Assembly: GCA_048013815.1 (NCBI GenBank)
Contig: CM106586.1
Coordinates: forward strand, 8,742,001 to 8,806,000
DNA from: Setoptus koraiensis
Taxonomy: Eukaryota > Animalia > Arthropoda
Length of the DNA stretch: 64,000 nucleotides
Reading direction: 5' to 3'
Below, piece after piece: positions 59,366 to 64,000 of the stretch. A program made the translations under genes and the position numbers. The first letter of the stretch is position 1; every line of letters begins with the position of its first letter. The notes under the pieces were generated by a model that had not been told where the DNA came from, made no database searches, and was given only the letters and a program-made list of their open reading frames with translations.

Positions 59366-59933
59366 TTTGACGTTTGGTTTGGCGTTTGGGTTGTTTGGTG
59401 CTAGAGTAGCTAGAATGACCTAGAAGGTTGATTGAGTTTGAAGTGAATTCGATGGTTTTCGTTTGAAATCTCAAAGACAAGTGAGGTTGTGGTGTGCCGA
59501 TGTGCCGATATTTATACTTCCGCCGGGCCACTTTGGACAGACAGACAGACAGGCAGACGAATGTAAACAAATATGCAAATAGCGTAGGCAAAGTATCGGT
59601 TGCACAAGCTCAAGCTAGCTATGTGGCCACTTAATTATGGCCTATCCCCCCTTCCCCCGTGTTGCATAGGCAAAAAAGAACAGATATTTCGCGCAAGATA
59701 CTATCTTGAAGATAGTGAAAGTTGTTAAAAGATGAAGCATTATCGATCATTGCTAGCCCGGCTCGGCGAAACGCCGCCCATGCCACACGGCGGCTGTTGT
59801 TGTTGCTGCTGTTATCATTATTATGTAAGATGACCTTCAATTTCGCTTCCCCATCTTCTGACAGCCAGTTGTGGATAAAGAGTTGCGCCTGTCAGTTTTA
59901 TTTTATCTCTCTCTCTCTCTTTCTAGACTCTAG

Positions 59934-59957
59934 ACTCTAGACTCTAGAGTCTAGAGT
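59934..59957. repeat. 24-bp perfect palindrome at the end of a CTAGACT heptamer run
   Basis: actctagactctagagtctagagt is its own reverse complement. Confidence 0.85.
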
Positions 59958-62900
59958 GAGAGCGAATAGCAGGAGGCAGCAGGAGTAATAGCTGGTATGT
60001 ACATAATTGTTATGTTGAGCGGCACGAGTTTCCGAAGAAAACAAAGTGGCGCTGCTGATTGCAAAACACGCATAATATGATAATGTGCAAGAATGTTGCA
60101 CTTTCACGGGGAATTGATACACACTCACGTGAGAACATAGTCGCTTTCAAACATCAATTATCCTAGGCAAAAAATCGGATATTTAATAATCAATTTTTAC
60201 GATAACGTAGGCAGCAGCGATAAGCGGCTAACAGCGAGCAGTGTAGTGAGAATTTTATTTAAAACTTCGATAAGGCGCACGCTCGACTGAACAATGAATT
60301 ACGATGGGGGAACCTACAATTAAACTGGCTGCCAGCTATAATGAGCCTGTTGTGGCGGCAATAAATACAACAAGTTGTTTCGCAATAGATTAGCAGCTCA
60401 AGAAAAAAAGAAAGAAAGAGTTAGCGAGTTGCGCTAAGAACCGAGGCCAGGCGAGAAAAGCAGATTATGGCTGCATAGTTAATCATAACCACTATCGCGC
60501 CACATCTCTTCGTCTGGCTAGATAAGAATTCGTCTAAGAAGCCGTCGCCAACGAGATGCCGCCAGGTGTAAATTATTATCGTGGCTTCGTTTGCTCATTA
60601 ATCCGTTGTTGGACAAGTCTAATGTAACAGTATAATAATGCATAATGTTTGTTGTTTGTGACAATGTGCCCGACACTGTCAGCCAGAGATAGCTCGAATT
60701 CGTTGCAACTAGTCTTGAGAAGCATTGAATTCAATTGGCTGCGAGCTGTATCGCATCGCCGTCATAATTAGTTTGTGCATAAATGTTTTGAAAATGTTCT
60801 GGTCAAATGGCGGCAAGCGAGCAAAAAATTAACGATCTCTAACCATGGTAAACAACATGCCGGGGGTTGGTGCGGGCATATTTTTATAGTTTGTTTTGGC
60901 ATGCAAAACAAACTATAAATATGGTTGAATCAAAATAATAAATAAACTTTATTACGCTGCAGCCACAATATCAGTTCAAACGCTGAACGTAAAAGGAGTC
61001 TTCTGGATGCCAGAATCTGGAAGCACTTCGTCCACATTATCTCGTTGTAGATCTCGTTGAATATCTCGCTAATAACTCCCCGGTTGGTTGCAGCGCAATA
61101 CTGTTTGTTTTCACGATATGATTGATCACATGATGATGATGATGATGATGTTGTTGTTTAGTGATCAAGGTCAGCAGTTTCGATTAATCAAATCGCAAAT
61201 TTTCGAAACCAGCAGCAGACAACAAGGCGACGCCAGCGATTTTACATCGTTGCCAATATCAATTGCTGTAGCAAATCATCCAGAAAATTCAATTCGTCCA
61301 TACAGGACGGCAACATTCTGGTGAAACTCCATGAATGTGTGAATATTGTTGCCATTATCACTGCACGAGCTATGCGAGTGGTTTTATTCAAATAAGCACC
61401 TTCACTAATTGGCATTATTAGTATTATAGTATTAGTATTATAGCTATTGAACTCACGACTTCATAGGAAGTTGTTAGTTGCTAGCTGAAGTCGTTGTGAG
61501 CCAATCAGCCAAAAGTAACCAATCACAGGTAGCAATATGATGATGAAAGAAAGAATCAACAACGTTGGTGAGATTATCTTTTTGATCATTATTACCATTA
61601 TCAATATTTTCATTATGATTATGATTATTATTATTATGATGCAATGTGCTAACTTTAACTCAACTGCTATTAACGTTGCAACACAAATAATTCATCCAGT
61701 CTGGCTGTAGATTTACTTGCGAGTCTCTCTCCCTTTTATTGAATACTGCTATTATTAACTATTGCCACTATTATAACTCGTCTATTGAGATGGAGTGTTT
61801 TCTAAGAAGAGAATCCCCGCCACCGCCACAAGCACCATTATTATTATAGTCCGACGATGCTAAAAACTAAGCTATTGACAAACACTATCTTATATCGGCT
61901 ATAAGCCGCCAACAAAAAACCTGTTTCTCAGCCGGCAGCCGACAGCCTGATTAAACACACACTCACACACTGTATCACATGATCCGATGGATATCCGCCT
62001 ACAATCACTTGCTTGCCATCCAGTCAACTTGTTTGCTCACGCTGTCTGACAGCTCATAACTTTCGTTTGACTTTTATCCAAGCATCGAAACCGCGCCAGC
62101 TAGCACTATCTGTGTATGTGTCCAGCAGGCCACCGAAGCAGTGGAATTCCTAGCGGCCGGAAGTGAGAAGCGGCTCGCATTATGTATGGCACAGAGTAAA
62201 CAGAATTGGCGAGAGTACTAAGAGAGCGGGGCGCGAATGTTTCTCGCAAGATAAGCGTCACATAATTCGTTCTTTTTATTGATTTGCTATTGTTGCCACG
62301 TGCTGAGATTCTTATCTGGAATTGTTGCGCGCGCGTTGCACGTCGCCCGTCGCTCTTGTTATATAATGTTTGTGTGCGTGTGATAATTGGTCTTTAACTA
62401 TCGCTGTCGAGAGTAGTTAGTTGCTACTTTAGCTGGAAGATAATTTCTACCAGTAGTTATAGTATATAGCCATGGAAATAGGAGGCGAGGGATAAAATAA
62501 CACCAATGCTTGCTCCATTGCGCCCCGATCTCTATCTTATACTGCACGATAATAACAATGACGCGTGACATATTCGCACTCTGCAATGCTGGCGGTATTA
62601 GCAGGGCCGCCTATGATGGCACAAGAATCAACACTAGATATGATCTCCACTGAAATATACGACTAGCAACAAAATGCCAGACTCCTAGGTTAGTCATAGC
62701 TAATTCATTATCTATATTGCGACGATGTTGTGTTCAGTCAACCGCAAATCTGATTCTCATGACTTCACCACTCCACTGAAAAACACCAACACTCTCACCG
62801 TGTGCCACATTTTCTTCTTGATTGATTGCAGACGGGCGAAATTTTGGGGCCCCAACGAAAAATTGCTCCTAAGCTTTCAGCTGTTTCTTTGATATCCTCA

Positions 62901-63011
62901 AAGTCTATCAAGAGAAATTGTCGTTCTCGTTTGATTTCACCCAATCGATGCGACATTGAGCGTCAGTTGGCTTTTGCTTGTCACCGGTTCCAAATAAACA
63001 AACAAACAAAA

Positions 63012-63551
63012 CTAGATTTTGTTTATTTTCCACTGTTCGTGCTGCTCCTGTTCTTGATAGGCCAATATAGAATCCAGCAATCGTATGTATTTAATGGCTA
63101 CTCGTAATATCTCGTTCTTGCTCAATTTCTTGTCTGGCGGATAAGTGGGAACTAGGCGCCTCAAGTTGGCGAATGCCTTGTTGACATTTTGTTGGCGCCA
63201 TCGTTCACGATTGTTCGTGGAGTTTCGTTTCTTTCCACTGTGCGAATGATTATTATTACTAGTAGTTCGTTGCAATGAGCTCATTCCTTCACCTTTTATT
63301 CGCTTGGAATTATCTCTCGTGTTTTCTTTTATTCTAGCGAGACGTATGTTGCTCTTCAGTAGCGACGAGTTGCACGAAATGGACCGTTTTGCAGTGATCT
63401 TGTTCTTCAAGTTGATCACCGCCATTTGATCCTCTACCTTGCTGATTTCTTCGCTTGAGATAGCCATAGGAGATGAAATGCTCGATGCAAACGACGATGA
63501 CGAACTTGACACATTGTTCACATCTGGCGTACTTTCAGCCGGACTGGACAT
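63012..63551 (-). CDS. TAL1: SCL/TAL1/LYL1-class bHLH transcription factor (intronless, 179 aa)
   Basis: [45 protein letters not shown] matches the SCL-family signature [42 protein letters not shown] 63551 is the first in-frame ATG after an upstream stop. Confidence 0.92.
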   Translation of the reverse strand: MSSPAESTPDVNNVSSSSSSFASSISSPMAISSEEISKVEDQMAVINLKNKITAKRSISCNSSLLKSNIRLARIKENTRDNSKRIKGEGMSSLQRTTSNNNHSHSGKKRNSTNNRERWRQQNVNKAFANLRRLVPTYPPDKKLSKNEILRVAIKYIRLLDSILAYQEQEQHEQWKINKI

Positions 63552-64000
63552 CCTCTTGAGAAATAATGCACTTCAGTTGAAAATTGTTGAAAGAACTTTA
63601 CCTAATGACGAAATAATCGACTTGCCGCCTCGAATGTCACTAGGTGAGAGATAAATTAATGTGTGCTCAGAGTTCGAATAATATAGAGGACCCAACTCTC
63701 GCTAGAGTTTTCCACCATCACATTAGATTTGCGAGTTTGCGCACGACAAAAAATCGATACACTCATGCGTGGCTCATCGGGGGACCGGGGCCTCCCCGAT
63801 AGCGTCACTTATCGAGTGATAGGAAGACACGCGGGCCAATTGTTGGAGGTGGCCAAACAGATAATTGAAGACTTTATTCTTAGATAAAACATTTTTGTTT
63901 TTTGTTTGAAGCAGTATTATGCAACAATAATGACAGAACAGATTAAAGAGTATAATTGGTCGATTTAGCGTTGGTAGAAACTAACAAAAGCTGATTAATG

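Noticed and set aside
52363-59591. Duplicated MPTLFAYLF.. 77-aa ORFs (52363-52596 and 59358-59591)
   Set aside because: They start at TTG and overlap the promoter and 5'UTR of peptides E and G in another frame. The spliced peptide model explains the region better.

Overview
Eukaryotic arthropod genomic DNA. Compact genes with short GT-AG introns, an arthropod-type Sur-8 N-terminus and a CCAP receptor suggest a chelicerate, probably a mite; this is inference, not provable from the window. Recognisable genes in order: Sur-8/SHOC2 (+, 3 exons), RRP40/EXOSC3 (-, intronless, stop only 32 bp from the SHOC2 stop), a 5-exon CCAP/NPS-type GPCR (+, about 761 aa, very long third intracellular loop, DRW and NPxxF motifs), a BPHL-like alpha/beta hydrolase (-), an orphan secreted N/Q-rich protein (-), a fibulin-1/2-like gene (-) and a TAL1/SCL-class bHLH (-). 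There is one clean foldback MITE with 15-bp TIRs and an 8-bp TSD (hAT-like). The most unusual region is about 49.9-59.6 kb. It is a patchwork of direct and inverted near-identical duplications. It interleaves four small single-pass membrane proteins (highly variable N-terminus/TM, nearly constant Pro/Tyr-rich C-terminus, shared 21-nt leader motif) with three secreted Gly/Tyr-rich peptides ending YYGK(K). The window also alternates between GC-rich domains (about 1-8 kb and 14.5-32.5 kb) and AT-rich domains. All coordinates and splice models were derived by hand and no database searches were run.
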